Source: Bacteroidales bacterium (GTDB lineage Bacteria > Bacteroidota > Bacteroidia > Bacteroidales > NBLH01). From it: a stretch of DNA of 64,000 nt. A program made the translations under genes and the position numbers. Location: contig JBNKRJ010000077.1 in assembly GCA_050296515.1 (NCBI GenBank), forward strand, positions 7,493-71,492. Direction: 5' to 3'. Shown here in pieces: positions 40,131 through 50,211 of the stretch. The notes under the pieces were generated by a model. The model was not told the origin of the DNA, made no database searches, and saw only the letters and a list, made by a program, of their open reading frames with translations. Within the stretch, counting starts at the first letter, position 1. Every line of letters begins with the position of its first letter.

Positions 40131-42284
40131 ATGGGGAAAATGGCAACTTTCAATTTGAAAAAAGGGTGGATTAAGATGACTAAAAAGGAACTTGATGATC
40201 TTCGTCAACGAGTTCACAAACAGTATATTACTGATGGTGGCAGCCACAAAATGGAAGACTTTAATACGCACCTCCCAAATTATGAAGAACTGGTATCAAT
40301 TATTGCAAGGAAACTAAATAATTTCCAAACTAAACAGGGAAATCAGATACTCATAGATAATAACTCTTTGCCAAATGTAGCTCCTGGAAAAACCTTTTTA
40401 AAACATTTTTTTCACACAAAAAAAGATGATAAAGAAGCTCAATTTCAAAGGATTAACATCAATCTTTGTTATTTATATGCTTTCGAAAGTACAAGAGAAG
40501 AGCTTCTTTTAAAATCGAAGGAACAATTTGTTAAACCTGTTTACGAAAAAACAAATGGAGATGAAGAGGGAAAAAAGCCAGAATTCATCATTTCTTTTAC
40601 TTATAATAATTTAAATGAAGCACGAAAAATCGAAACCTTTTTGCATGAAAACTTTAATTTAAAAACGACCAATGATATAAGAAACAGCCCTCTTTTTCAA
40701 CATGGTTCCTTAAAAGAAATTTTTACTTCGTTAAATGACAATCAATACGTTATTAAAATACTTAGCCGGGATTATTTACAAAATGAAGAATGTATAGAAG
40801 GACTAATAAACCTTACTCAGAACAATTTTGAACTCTATAGAAAAAAGGCTATAAATATTTTATTACCAGACATCTACAATGGTGAATACAATATATTTAG
40901 TACCCTTGGAAAAATTGCATTATCAGTCCACTGGAAACTTCACATTGAAAAGCTTGAAAAGGCTTTTTCGCATATTATTGAAGGAAACCAAGAAACCACC
41001 CAAAGCGAGGATAGAATGCTGAAAGAAATTTCGGACAAAGTAGATCGATTAAAAATGATTAAAAAAGACATATTTGATATGCTTCAGAAGCTGACAAATA
41101 TGAAATCTACCCTAAGATATGATATTTTCTTTGAAAAAATTAACAGCGACCAGGATTTAATTCACCTCTTACCAAGAAAGTCAATTGTTGTAGCTTCTGG
41201 AATTGAAAAATTATATCAATCCATTCAAGTGCCCTCTAATAACAATCCCAGAGAGCCTGAATTTCCACCAAAGCCATTCTTTACTCCTGCATTTCCCGCA
41301 TCCAGAACGTTTCAAATTGAAGTGCCAGGTTTTACAAATGTTTGGTTAAAAGATGAGAGTACAAATCCAACTGGCACCCACAAGGACCGATTTGCGTGGG
41401 AGGTTGTGATAAAATATAAAGCTCTTTTGGAATCTTCTAAGTATAAACAACTTGATAGTTTGCCTCAAATTTCAATGATTTCTTCCGGAGGAGCTGCTTC
41501 CGCTATACAAAATTTGTTTAATCTATTCAAAATACCAGTCAGCTTAAAGGTCTTGGTTGATTATACTACAGATGAAGAAATAAAAAAATCTTTACGAAAA
41601 ATTGGCTGCACCATATATGAAACAGATCTTTCTGATTATCTATTGCAACCTGAAGATATAAAAAGGCTAACCGAAAACTGGAATGGAATTGACATTACTT
41701 ATCGGGAAACTTTGGATCCGAACCTGGATAATTACTACGACTGGATGAGTTATGAAATTGTAAATCAGGAACCTGACTATTGTTTTGTCCCTTTTGGAAC
41801 AGGTGATTTATTCATTAATATCCTAAATATTGTAAAAAAGGAATATTTTAATAGTTTTCTACATAATTCAGATCCTCGTTTTTCAGGTTCGGTTGAACGT
41901 CTTAAAAACTGTAACTTTTTTGGAGCAACTACCAGTAATAAAGATACAATTCTTGACAAACTATATTCAAGTTTTTTGCCTACTTATAATGATTATATAA
42001 AGTTCATTAATGAGTTAATTTCCTATTCATGTGTTGGTAGCAAAACTTCCATTAAGCATCTTGAAGAAAGTTTTGTAAAACAAGCAATTGACTTAGCTAA
42101 TAATCAAAAACTTACATTTGAACCATCAGGAATTGCCGGTCTGGCTCTTTTATTGCAAATAAAAAGAGAAATTCCGAGGGACGCCAAGATATTAATTGTA
42201 AATACTGGTAAAACCAAAACAGCTGAAGAATTACTAAAAACTGCAGGTTTAAAGCAAGAGCAAATTCATATTCAGCCTATTTGA
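40131..42284 (+). CDS. Fusion protein: HTH-like N-domain, TIR-like domain, fold-type II PLP-dependent enzyme (threonine synthase/PALP)
   Basis: TIR: FIISF...DIRN...SLKEIF...YVIKILSRDYLQNEEC. PALP: VWLKDESTNPTGTHKDR, ISSGGAA, VPFGTGDL, EPSGIAGLA, IVNTG. Start may be 40176. Confidence 0.8.
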   Translation: MGKMATFNLKKGWIKMTKKELDDLRQRVHKQYITDGGSHKMEDFNTHLPNYEELVSIIARKLNNFQTKQGNQILIDNNSLPNVAPGKTFLKHFFHTKKDDKEAQFQRININLCYLYAFESTREELLLKSKEQFVKPVYEKTNGDEEGKKPEFIISFTYNNLNEARKIETFLHENFNLKTTNDIRNSPLFQHGSLKEIFTSLNDNQYVIKILSRDYLQNEECIEGLINLTQNNFELYRKKAINILLPDIYNGEYNIFSTLGKIALSVHWKLHIEKLEKAFSHIIEGNQETTQSEDRMLKEISDKVDRLKMIKKDIFDMLQKLTNMKSTLRYDIFFEKINSDQDLIHLLPRKSIVVASGIEKLYQSIQVPSNNNPREPEFPPKPFFTPAFPASRTFQIEVPGFTNVWLKDESTNPTGTHKDRFAWEVVIKYKALLESSKYKQLDSLPQISMISSGGAASAIQNLFNLFKIPVSLKVLVDYTTDEEIKKSLRKIGCTIYETDLSDYLLQPEDIKRLTENWNGIDITYRETLDPNLDNYYDWMSYEIVNQEPDYCFVPFGTGDLFINILNIVKKEYFNSFLHNSDPRFSGSVERLKNCNFFGATTSNKDTILDKLYSSFLPTYNDYIKFINELISYSCVGSKTSIKHLEESFVKQAIDLANNQKLTFEPSGIAGLALLLQIKREIPRDAKILIVNTGKTKTAEELLKTAGLKQEQIHIQPI

Positions 42285-42293
42285 TTTTTGCTA

Positions 42294-43691
42294 TTATTGA
42301 ACATGCTTTGTCTCAACAAGCACGGCAACTACTGTTTTTCCTTTGCTTTTTGCTGAAAAAGAGACCTTATTAAAGTCAAACTTAATATTCTGATTTTCAA
42401 CCAATTTCCCACCAAGCGCTTTTTTTATTTTACTATAAAAACTGCCATAAGCACTCTCAATTTTTTGATGAATGGTCTCAATATCAAGTGGATCAAGTGA
42501 ATAAAGAACACATAAATAATCAGTTCCAACAGTGTTGTCCATTTCAATATAATGCTCTTCATCAGGAATAGCGACATCATTTTTCTTATAATTTAGAGCA
42601 GGACTGATATTAGGATCATGTGGAAACACAGGAAACACTTTTTGAGTTGCATCTGTTCCAAAGGCATAAACAAATGCAGGTTCATTATTCGAAAGGTAAA
42701 TCCTGAATTTGGTTCCAGAGCGATATGAATTATTCATTTTGTAGAGAGTTCCTGAAAACTTTGAGTTCATCTCACTCCCATCAGATTGAACAAAACGAAT
42801 TGCACCTGCCAAATCATTATAATCAACTGTAACATTTGTCTTTTTCTCAAAGTAAATCATCTCATAAGCATATTTCACCCAATTTTGAAAATCACTGTAC
42901 TTAATCCAAATGTATCCATTATTTCCCCACCAGTTTCCCCAACTATTCTGAATTTCAAAAGCTCCTCCATATTTATTATCATCATAACCAATTACACACA
43001 TGGCATGTCCACCAAAGTTTTGTGTATAATCTTCAGTTGGGACCCAATAACCTTTTGCATTATTGAACGATGAAGGACATTTCATTCCAATTACAACAGG
43101 TTTCCCTTCGGAAAGGCTTTTCTTAACAGACTGATTTTTAGAACTTGCAGGAGTGTAATCATCAAATAATTTCGCAAAGTCTTTAATTTTATGACTACTT
43201 GCTTTAGTAAAAACATCTAATGGAATTGAACTTGGGCAGCTTATATCCATATCCTTTTTCTTTGGTACCCCCTTTGTTTTCATTAAGGTTAATGCATCAG
43301 AGATGCTTGAACCATATTTACAACCAGCATCTGAAGATGACTTAATCTGATTATAAACAAAGCCTGGAGAAAACGTATTATCATCAATAGTTGCTTTATC
43401 AGTCCAGTCATTGCTTTTTGCCTCTACAATGGTAAAAGCGCAAAACGCTGTGGACCAGCCAACACAAGTACCATATGCCCCCTGGCTTAGAGGTGAAGGT
43501 GTGTATTTTTTTAAGGATGCTGATGTTGGCAAACTAGATCCATACAAGCTTCTGGTAAGTGTTGCCTTTATAGGCACTTTGGCATACTCAGCATCATTAA
43601 AAATCAAACCAGTACCAGGAGCATCTTCAACCTGGGCAACTACCAGTATTGGCAAATAAAAAAGGATAATTAAGCTAAAAACACGTTTCAT
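42294..43691 (-). CDS. Secreted C1 (papain-like) cysteine peptidase with C-terminal DUF4384-like domain
   Basis: QGAYGTCVGWS, GGHAMCVIGY, QNSWG; C-terminal FRIYLSNNEPAFVYAF...GTDYLCVL. Confidence 0.88.
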   Translation of the reverse strand: MKRVFSLIILFYLPILVVAQVEDAPGTGLIFNDAEYAKVPIKATLTRSLYGSSLPTSASLKKYTPSPLSQGAYGTCVGWSTAFCAFTIVEAKSNDWTDKATIDDNTFSPGFVYNQIKSSSDAGCKYGSSISDALTLMKTKGVPKKKDMDISCPSSIPLDVFTKASSHKIKDFAKLFDDYTPASSKNQSVKKSLSEGKPVVIGMKCPSSFNNAKGYWVPTEDYTQNFGGHAMCVIGYDDNKYGGAFEIQNSWGNWWGNNGYIWIKYSDFQNWVKYAYEMIYFEKKTNVTVDYNDLAGAIRFVQSDGSEMNSKFSGTLYKMNNSYRSGTKFRIYLSNNEPAFVYAFGTDATQKVFPVFPHDPNISPALNYKKNDVAIPDEEHYIEMDNTVGTDYLCVLYSLDPLDIETIHQKIESAYGSFYSKIKKALGGKLVENQNIKFDFNKVSFSAKSKGKTVVAVLVETKHVQ

Positions 43692-43729
43692 ATTGCAAGT
43701 AGTTAGTGATAAGTTAGTTAACAGAAAAC

Positions 43730-43771
43730 AAGTGGTAAGTTGTTAGTCTAAATTTCTAGAACCTACCACTT
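43730..43771. other. Intergenic stem-loop within the protease cluster
   Basis: AAGTGGTAAGTT...AACCTACCACTT (1 mismatch). Confidence 0.35.
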
Positions 43772-43781
43772 ACAACTTGTG

Positions 43782-46055
43782 TTATTTTTTAAAATAAAAA
43801 TCGTCAAATAAAGAAGAATTTTCCCATGGAGTTTGTTGCTCATTTGAAAGTTTATAAACATTTCTTCGAACTTCTTTAAAAACGTCTTCAAGGACATTTC
43901 CTTGTGTTGATATAGCTTTCAATAGCTCTTGTGTATACAAGCCATTTTTTCCAGTGCCATCTGCGGCAACAGAACCTGGTGCAGTAGCAAAAGCAATCAG
44001 CGTTCCTGAAGGAGCAGCAGCACTTGCTAAACCTTTCCCACCAGAACCTGAGCCTTCAAAAGGATTATTCCTACATGCATCCAAAATAATGATATTCATA
44101 TCATTTTTTGCATAAGCCATTTCACCAGTCAACCGACTTAGGTTAACTGCCTCTGTTTCAATTTCATCAAGATTGGAAATATGAGCATCCACGGGTACTA
44201 TATAGTTTTCACCACTCACCTGTAAACCATGCCCTGCATAAAAGAAGACAGCAACACCTTTACTAGCTGCAAGTTTATCGCCAAATTCACGAATTGCTTT
44301 TTTCATACCATCTTCTCCTTGATCTAAATACATAGAAACATCAAACCCAAATTCCTTTAACTTAGCTGCCATAGCTTTAGCATCATTTGTTGGATTACGC
44401 AAAGCCCCAATTTCATACGCTGAATTACCAATTACCAGAGCATAGCGTTTACTTTTCTTAACTGGCTCAGTATCATAAATAATTTTACGAACCTCAGAAC
44501 TAGTTTCTCCTGCACCATTTTTAACAACTACTTTTACCGAATTTTCACCTGGGTTTAAATTCACCCCCCGCTCAAACAGGTAATCACAGTCTCCTCCACG
44601 TTTCAATCCATTAACGGCATTTTTCACCTTTAATTGATCATTTACATAAACCTGAATATCCTGAGGTTTCTCTTTAGAGGCAATACAAACACGAATTCTA
44701 TAATCAATAGATGTTACTGTTAATGAGGGGGATGAAGGACTATTCCAGATTAAAACAGGAGCAGTCACACCTTTCTGTGCTGTACCAGCAAAGTTCCCAT
44801 TATTCCATTTGCCAGATTTTTCTCTTCCATCAGGATAATAATAAGTTCCAACACCATTAAACTCACCAAAAGCAAAATCACCAATATATTCTCCTTTGTC
44901 TTTTATTCTTAAAGAACCTTCACCATCAAACTGTCCGTTTTTAAATTCGCCAGCATATTTTGCTCCTTTAATAAAATCAAGCGTACCATAACCATTGTAT
45001 TGACCATTTTTAAATTGCCCACGGTACCTGTCACCAGATTTAAGAATTAAAGTGCCATAACCATCATTACAATTACCAGAAATACACCCAGCCTTGGCAT
45101 AAGTTTCACCAGTAAAACTACCAGCCTCCCAAAATCCCTTGCTTATTATTGAACCATCTTTTGATTTTATCCCGTAACCATATTCCTTATCATTTACCCA
45201 TGTACCTTCATAAACCGTATTGTCAGGCCAAAAGTTAGTTCCCTTTCCATGCCTTTGCTTATTTCTGAAGTTTCCAACATACTTTTGCCCATCTTTCCAT
45301 CTATAAACTCCATAACCTTTATCACAATTACCAGAAATACAGCCATAAAGATTATTACCAGTTCCAACATAGCGTCCCATCTCCCACATTCCGGTTCTTT
45401 CCTTGCCATCAAGATATGTATGCGTTCCATAACCATGTCGTTTATCATCTTTCCAATTTCCTTCATATTTCTCTCCATCAGGAAAATAGTTTATACCCTC
45501 TCCATTACGCAAATTATTCTTCCACATTCCCTTGTACCATTCGCCAGAATTAAAGTAATAAGTTCCTTTTCCTTCTCTTGAGCCATTTTTCATGTATCCA
45601 ATGTACTTCTCTCCATTATCAAGAATGTAAGTTCCTTTACCATTTTTGCAGTCACCAGAAACACAGCCCTTTGCGTTTTCATCACCAATATATTTGTCTT
45701 TCACAAATAAACCTTTCTCAACCTTTCCATCTTTATAAAAATATGTTCCTTCACCTTCCATATGGTTATTAACATATTCGCCAACATATTTGTCGCCAGC
45801 ATGAGAAATAAAGGTTGCTGTGCCGTCTAACATATTATTATCAAAACCTCCTTTGTAGATATCTCCATTTTTATAATAATAAGTACCCTGACCATGCATT
45901 TTTTGATTTACCCAGGTTCCTTCATATTTATCGCCATTTGGATACACCCAGGTTCCAAAACCATTATCGCAATCGCCAGAAATACATCCCTTTTGTTGTG
46001 AAAAACTAAAGTGCGATATTAAGATCAGTGTTAAAATTGATAATGTTTTCTTCAT
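43782..46055 (-). CDS. Secreted MORN-repeat + Ig-like + caspase (peptidase C14) protein, paralog B
   Basis: Signal peptide from ATG 46055; 4 C(I/V)SG(D/N)C-capped MORN blocks; ALVIGN, YAGHG, LDACR, QTPW. Confidence 0.9.
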   Translation of the reverse strand: MKKTLSILTLILISHFSFSQQKGCISGDCDNGFGTWVYPNGDKYEGTWVNQKMHGQGTYYYKNGDIYKGGFDNNMLDGTATFISHAGDKYVGEYVNNHMEGEGTYFYKDGKVEKGLFVKDKYIGDENAKGCVSGDCKNGKGTYILDNGEKYIGYMKNGSREGKGTYYFNSGEWYKGMWKNNLRNGEGINYFPDGEKYEGNWKDDKRHGYGTHTYLDGKERTGMWEMGRYVGTGNNLYGCISGNCDKGYGVYRWKDGQKYVGNFRNKQRHGKGTNFWPDNTVYEGTWVNDKEYGYGIKSKDGSIISKGFWEAGSFTGETYAKAGCISGNCNDGYGTLILKSGDRYRGQFKNGQYNGYGTLDFIKGAKYAGEFKNGQFDGEGSLRIKDKGEYIGDFAFGEFNGVGTYYYPDGREKSGKWNNGNFAGTAQKGVTAPVLIWNSPSSPSLTVTSIDYRIRVCIASKEKPQDIQVYVNDQLKVKNAVNGLKRGGDCDYLFERGVNLNPGENSVKVVVKNGAGETSSEVRKIIYDTEPVKKSKRYALVIGNSAYEIGALRNPTNDAKAMAAKLKEFGFDVSMYLDQGEDGMKKAIREFGDKLAASKGVAVFFYAGHGLQVSGENYIVPVDAHISNLDEIETEAVNLSRLTGEMAYAKNDMNIIILDACRNNPFEGSGSGGKGLASAAAPSGTLIAFATAPGSVAADGTGKNGLYTQELLKAISTQGNVLEDVFKEVRRNVYKLSNEQQTPWENSSLFDDFYFKK

Positions 46056-46169
46056 TTTTTGTGTTTTTTTGATTTTATCTTTTGACAAGTTTAAGACTAT
46101 TTTCCCCCTAATTCTTTCATCAGTTATTGATGAAACAAAACAAAGAAAGGATAAAACATCTGATATTTG

Positions 46170-48728
46170 CTATTTACTGAAATAAAAATCACCAAAAATC
46201 GAGGAATTCTCCCATGGAACTTGTTTTTTTTGCGACATTTCATAAACATTTTTTCGAACTTGCTTAAAAACATCCTCAATTCTCAGTCCTGGCTTGCGAA
46301 GAGCGTCAAGGAGCTGCTCTGTATAAAGACCATTTTTACCAGTACCATCAGAAGCAACATTACCAGGTGAAGTTGCATAGGCAATAAAAGTTCCAGTTGG
46401 TGCCATGGTAGTTGCTAATCCCCTGTTACCACTTGAACGAAAACTTCTTGCAAAAGGGTTATCTCTACATGCATCAAGTATTATTATATTTAGCTCGTTT
46501 TTTGCATAATCCATCTCGCCCATCAATCGTTTTAAGTTAACGGATTCCAGTTCAACATCCATTTCTTTCTCAATCTTAGCATCAACTGGTATTAGGTAGT
46601 TTTCTCCATTCACCTGCATACCGTGTCCAGCATAGAAAAACAACCCAACACCTTTATTTGCAGCAAGTTTATTACCAAACTCGCGCATATGTGTTTTCAT
46701 ATCTGCTTGATTAAGATTAGTGTACACCATCACATCAAACCCCAAACGTTTTAATTCATTGCCAACATCCTTGGCATCATTTACAGGGTTTTTAAGTGGG
46801 GACGTTAAATATTCTCCATTACCTATTACTAAAGCATATCTTTTTTGATTTGTTGTTGATGTAGCATTGTATTTTATACTTCTGATTCCGGACTCAGCTT
46901 TTCCTGCTCCATTTTCAACCACTACTTTTACTTTATTGTCGCCGGGTTTTAGCTTTACAGTTCGTTCAATTGTATAATCGCAGTTTGATGTTACTACACT
47001 AAATCCTCTCACTGCATTATTTACCTGAAGCTCCTCATTTACATAAATTTGAACATTCCTTAGCTCTTCCTTTGAACTAATACAGAGTTTGACTTTTGTT
47101 TCTGACTTATCAACTTCGGAACTGGCATATGTTGGGGTCAGCCACGAAACTTTAGGTGGCAACAAGTCTTTTTGGGTAGAACCAACATAAACTCCATTTT
47201 TATATTCACCCGATTGTGTACGACCATCGGCAAAATACATTGTTCCTATTCCATGATACCTTCCGTATGCAAAGCCACCAACATACTTACTACCATCTAT
47301 TGCATTTTTAAAGTTACCTTGTCCATGGTATTTCCCATCTTTAAATTCTCCAATGTATTCATGTCCTTCTGCAAAAGTATAAGTTCCCTGTCCTTCATAT
47401 TTACCAAGTTTAAAGGTCCCAACATATTTATCTCCATTTTGTTGAACATATGTTCCAAACCCATTTTGACAATCTCCCGAAATACATCCTGATTTAGCTA
47501 TATTCTGACCGGTATATGTTCCATTTTCCCAGAACCCTTTTTTTATTTCTCCTTCTGGAGATGTTTGAACCCCATATCCATGTCGTTTATCATCTTTCCA
47601 TTCCCCTTCATGAATCCAACCATCTGCCCAAGTATTAGTTCCTTGTCCATTTCTCTTATTATTTTTCCAGTTACCAACATACTTTTCGCCACTCTGCCAT
47701 GTATAAACTCCATAGCCATCATTACAATCACCTGAGATACAACCATACTGATTTTTTCCAGAGCCAACATACTTTCCATCTTCCCACATTCCTGTTTTTG
47801 AGGTTCCATCAACATAATAATATGTACCATAACCATTTATTTTATGATCTTTCCACTCACCATCATATTTTTCTCCACTGGAATAATACATTATACCATT
47901 TCCATCAATGTTACCACCTTTCCAGTTACCACTATATCGTCCTCCGTCAGTCCATTCATAAGTTCCTTCCCCTTCTCTTATTCCTGCAACAAAATTACCT
48001 TCATACTTTCCTCCATCATCGTAAATCTTCGTTCCAAATCCATCCTGGCAATCACCTGATATACAACCAGTTTGATTTATATTTTGATTTCCCAGGTACT
48101 CCCCCTTTGACCAATATCCCTTTTCTATTGTACCATTTGCATAGAAAAGCGTTCCTTCTCCATCTCTTTTATCATCTTTCCATTCTCCAACATACTTATC
48201 TCCGTTTGAATATTCATTCGTTCCTTCTCCATTTCGTTTATCATCAGCCCACTCTCCTCTGTACCAGGACCCATTTGTCCAGTAATTTGTTCCAAACCCT
48301 TTCCTTTTTTGACTAACCCAATATCCTTCATATTTTTCTCCCGTAGAAAAAACATAAGTTCCGTGCCCATTATCACAATCACCAGATATACAACCAGAAC
48401 TCACATTGCTATTATTATTGGGCCTGTTCTTTCCAAGATACTTATTATTAGACCAATACCCCACATCCTGAGCACCACCAGCATAATAATAAGAGCCATA
48501 ACCATCAAAAGCTCCATTTTTCCATTCACCTACATATTTATCCCCATTTGAAAAATAGTAGGTTCCGGAACCATGCCTTTGACTATTAGAAAAATCACCA
48601 ATATACTTATCACCACTGTCCCAAACATAAGTTCCATATCCATTATCACAATTTCCTGAAATACATTGCTGCCCGTAAATAAAGGCCGAGAAGAGTATAA
48701 ATGAAAGTAAAAGTATTGCCCTGTTCAT
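46170..48728 (-). CDS. Secreted MORN-repeat + Ig-like + caspase (peptidase C14) protein, paralog A
   Basis: Signal peptide; 5 CISG(D/N)C-capped MORN blocks; ALVIGN, YAGHG, LDACR, QVPW. Confidence 0.9.
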   Translation of the reverse strand: MNRAILLLSFILFSAFIYGQQCISGNCDNGYGTYVWDSGDKYIGDFSNSQRHGSGTYYFSNGDKYVGEWKNGAFDGYGSYYYAGGAQDVGYWSNNKYLGKNRPNNNSNVSSGCISGDCDNGHGTYVFSTGEKYEGYWVSQKRKGFGTNYWTNGSWYRGEWADDKRNGEGTNEYSNGDKYVGEWKDDKRDGEGTLFYANGTIEKGYWSKGEYLGNQNINQTGCISGDCQDGFGTKIYDDGGKYEGNFVAGIREGEGTYEWTDGGRYSGNWKGGNIDGNGIMYYSSGEKYDGEWKDHKINGYGTYYYVDGTSKTGMWEDGKYVGSGKNQYGCISGDCNDGYGVYTWQSGEKYVGNWKNNKRNGQGTNTWADGWIHEGEWKDDKRHGYGVQTSPEGEIKKGFWENGTYTGQNIAKSGCISGDCQNGFGTYVQQNGDKYVGTFKLGKYEGQGTYTFAEGHEYIGEFKDGKYHGQGNFKNAIDGSKYVGGFAYGRYHGIGTMYFADGRTQSGEYKNGVYVGSTQKDLLPPKVSWLTPTYASSEVDKSETKVKLCISSKEELRNVQIYVNEELQVNNAVRGFSVVTSNCDYTIERTVKLKPGDNKVKVVVENGAGKAESGIRSIKYNATSTTNQKRYALVIGNGEYLTSPLKNPVNDAKDVGNELKRLGFDVMVYTNLNQADMKTHMREFGNKLAANKGVGLFFYAGHGMQVNGENYLIPVDAKIEKEMDVELESVNLKRLMGEMDYAKNELNIIILDACRDNPFARSFRSSGNRGLATTMAPTGTFIAYATSPGNVASDGTGKNGLYTEQLLDALRKPGLRIEDVFKQVRKNVYEMSQKKQVPWENSSIFGDFYFSK

Positions 48729-48881
48729 AGTTTTCAGATTAAAGTATTAATTTAAATTCACTTGACTAGTAAATTTATAAAAATAATACTTAAAGGGCAA
48801 GGTTTTTTGATGATGTTATTTGGCAATAATGTCCCAACAAAAGAACTTTCGATAAAACATTAATATGTGAAATTAATTTAA

Positions 48882-49436
48882 TTATATAGCTACACCCTTA
48901 ATTATTTCATACTTAACTCCTGTTCTTTGCAGAACACTTTCAAATAAAACAACCGCCTCAATAACAGCAATTTGAAAATCTACATTTTTAAATTCTTCAA
49001 CATATTTCTGCAACATTATTTCGTTAGAAAGGGATTTCACCCTCCCTATTGTTAAATGCGCTTTAAAAGGCCGGCTTTCTAATTCAAAACCTATACTCTC
49101 CATTGCCTCATCAACTTCTTTAGCCAATACAGAAAGTACATCCACTTTTTTTAATCCCAGCCAAATAACACTTGTCCGTCTTTGCTTCTTAAAACAACCT
49201 AATCCCTTAATTTCAATGCTAAATCTCTCAAATTTTGTTACAACATCTTCAATAGAGCGAACTATTAGAGGAACAATAGATGAAGGAGTATTGCCTAAAA
49301 ACTTCAAGGTAATATGAAAGTTTTCTACAGGAACCCATTTTATCTTATCATTCTTAAGCCTTATCTTTAATTTGGAGTAGAAATCAAGCAGCTCAGCACT
49401 TGGCGTAATTTTAATACCGATAAATAACCGTTTCAT
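48882..49436 (-). CDS. thpR: RNA 2',3'-cyclic phosphodiesterase (2H family)
   Basis: RLFIGI, HITLKFLG and HLTIGR (two HxT motifs). Confidence 0.9.
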   Translation of the reverse strand: MKRLFIGIKITPSAELLDFYSKLKIRLKNDKIKWVPVENFHITLKFLGNTPSSIVPLIVRSIEDVVTKFERFSIEIKGLGCFKKQRRTSVIWLGLKKVDVLSVLAKEVDEAMESIGFELESRPFKAHLTIGRVKSLSNEIMLQKYVEEFKNVDFQIAVIEAVVLFESVLQRTGVKYEIIKGVAI

Positions 49437-49448
49437 ATTTGCAGAAAT

Positions 49449-49474
49449 AAAAAAGGCTGTTGTAACAACAGCCT
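49449..49474 (-). terminator. Rho-independent terminator after the LuxR gene
   Basis: AGGCTGTTG-TAA-CAACAGCCT with a U-tract on the minus strand. Confidence 0.7.
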
Positions 49475-49497
49475 CTTAAGTTTTCAATAATAATGCG

Positions 49498-49974
49498 TTA
49501 AACCAGTCTGTTTCTGTTCGCGTATTCTAATAAATCTGCCTTTTTAGCAAAATTCATTTTAGCATATATGCGTTCTTTATGATCCTGTACCTTACTATCT
49601 TTCCAATCCAATAACTCAGCAATTTCATTTTGAGTAAACCCTTTTGCAATTAACTTAAAAATAACACGTTCTGTGTCATTTAAAGTTTTATAATTACACT
49701 TAGGGGTAGTTGAATTTTGAGATTGCAAAAAGGTCTCACGTAAACGCATAAATTCATCCTTACCAATCATCTTGATTAACAAGTTTCTGGCAAATTGTGC
49801 ACGTTCTTTTCGAGTTCCTTCCTTCTGACCGAAAACATTCACAGCCATTTGGTTTTCAACATAATCAAAAAAACCGTCAAACTCATTGATAACAGTGAGT
49901 TTCGTCTTATTCGGTTTTTTCGGGTTAACCGTTTTTAAAACAAAAAGATTTTGACTACTTAATAGGGGGTTCAT
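49498..49974 (-). CDS. LuxR C-terminal HTH regulator without a receiver domain
   Basis: LNDTERVIFKLIAKGFTQNEIAELL...HKERIYAKM. Confidence 0.8.
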   Translation of the reverse strand: MNPLLSSQNLFVLKTVNPKKPNKTKLTVINEFDGFFDYVENQMAVNVFGQKEGTRKERAQFARNLLIKMIGKDEFMRLRETFLQSQNSTTPKCNYKTLNDTERVIFKLIAKGFTQNEIAELLDWKDSKVQDHKERIYAKMNFAKKADLLEYANRNRLV

Positions 49975-50211
49975 TTTAACAATTTAAATATTAATACTCT
50001 AGGCTAAAGTAAAAAACTTTTTTTGTTTAACAATAGTATAACGGCAATTAAGGATATAAAATTATCAACATATTAACAATTCTGATAAACAACTAGTAAT
50101 AAATACATTAATACAAAAAAACATTACAAATACACTTTTTTTAACATATTTTTTCCTTTATATTCGGAAAACAAAAGCTATATTTGTTGAGGTAACTTAA
50201 TAGAAATCAAT

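Noticed and set aside
43782-48728. DNA-level repeats as a CRISPR array or DGR template/variable pair
   Set aside because: The repeats are degenerate, in-frame protein repeats. No cas or reverse transcriptase gene is present, and I noticed no adenine-specific pattern.
48882-49436. 2H phosphodiesterase as a cyclic-nucleotide defence regulator
   Set aside because: Looks like ordinary ThpR; no cyclase in the window.
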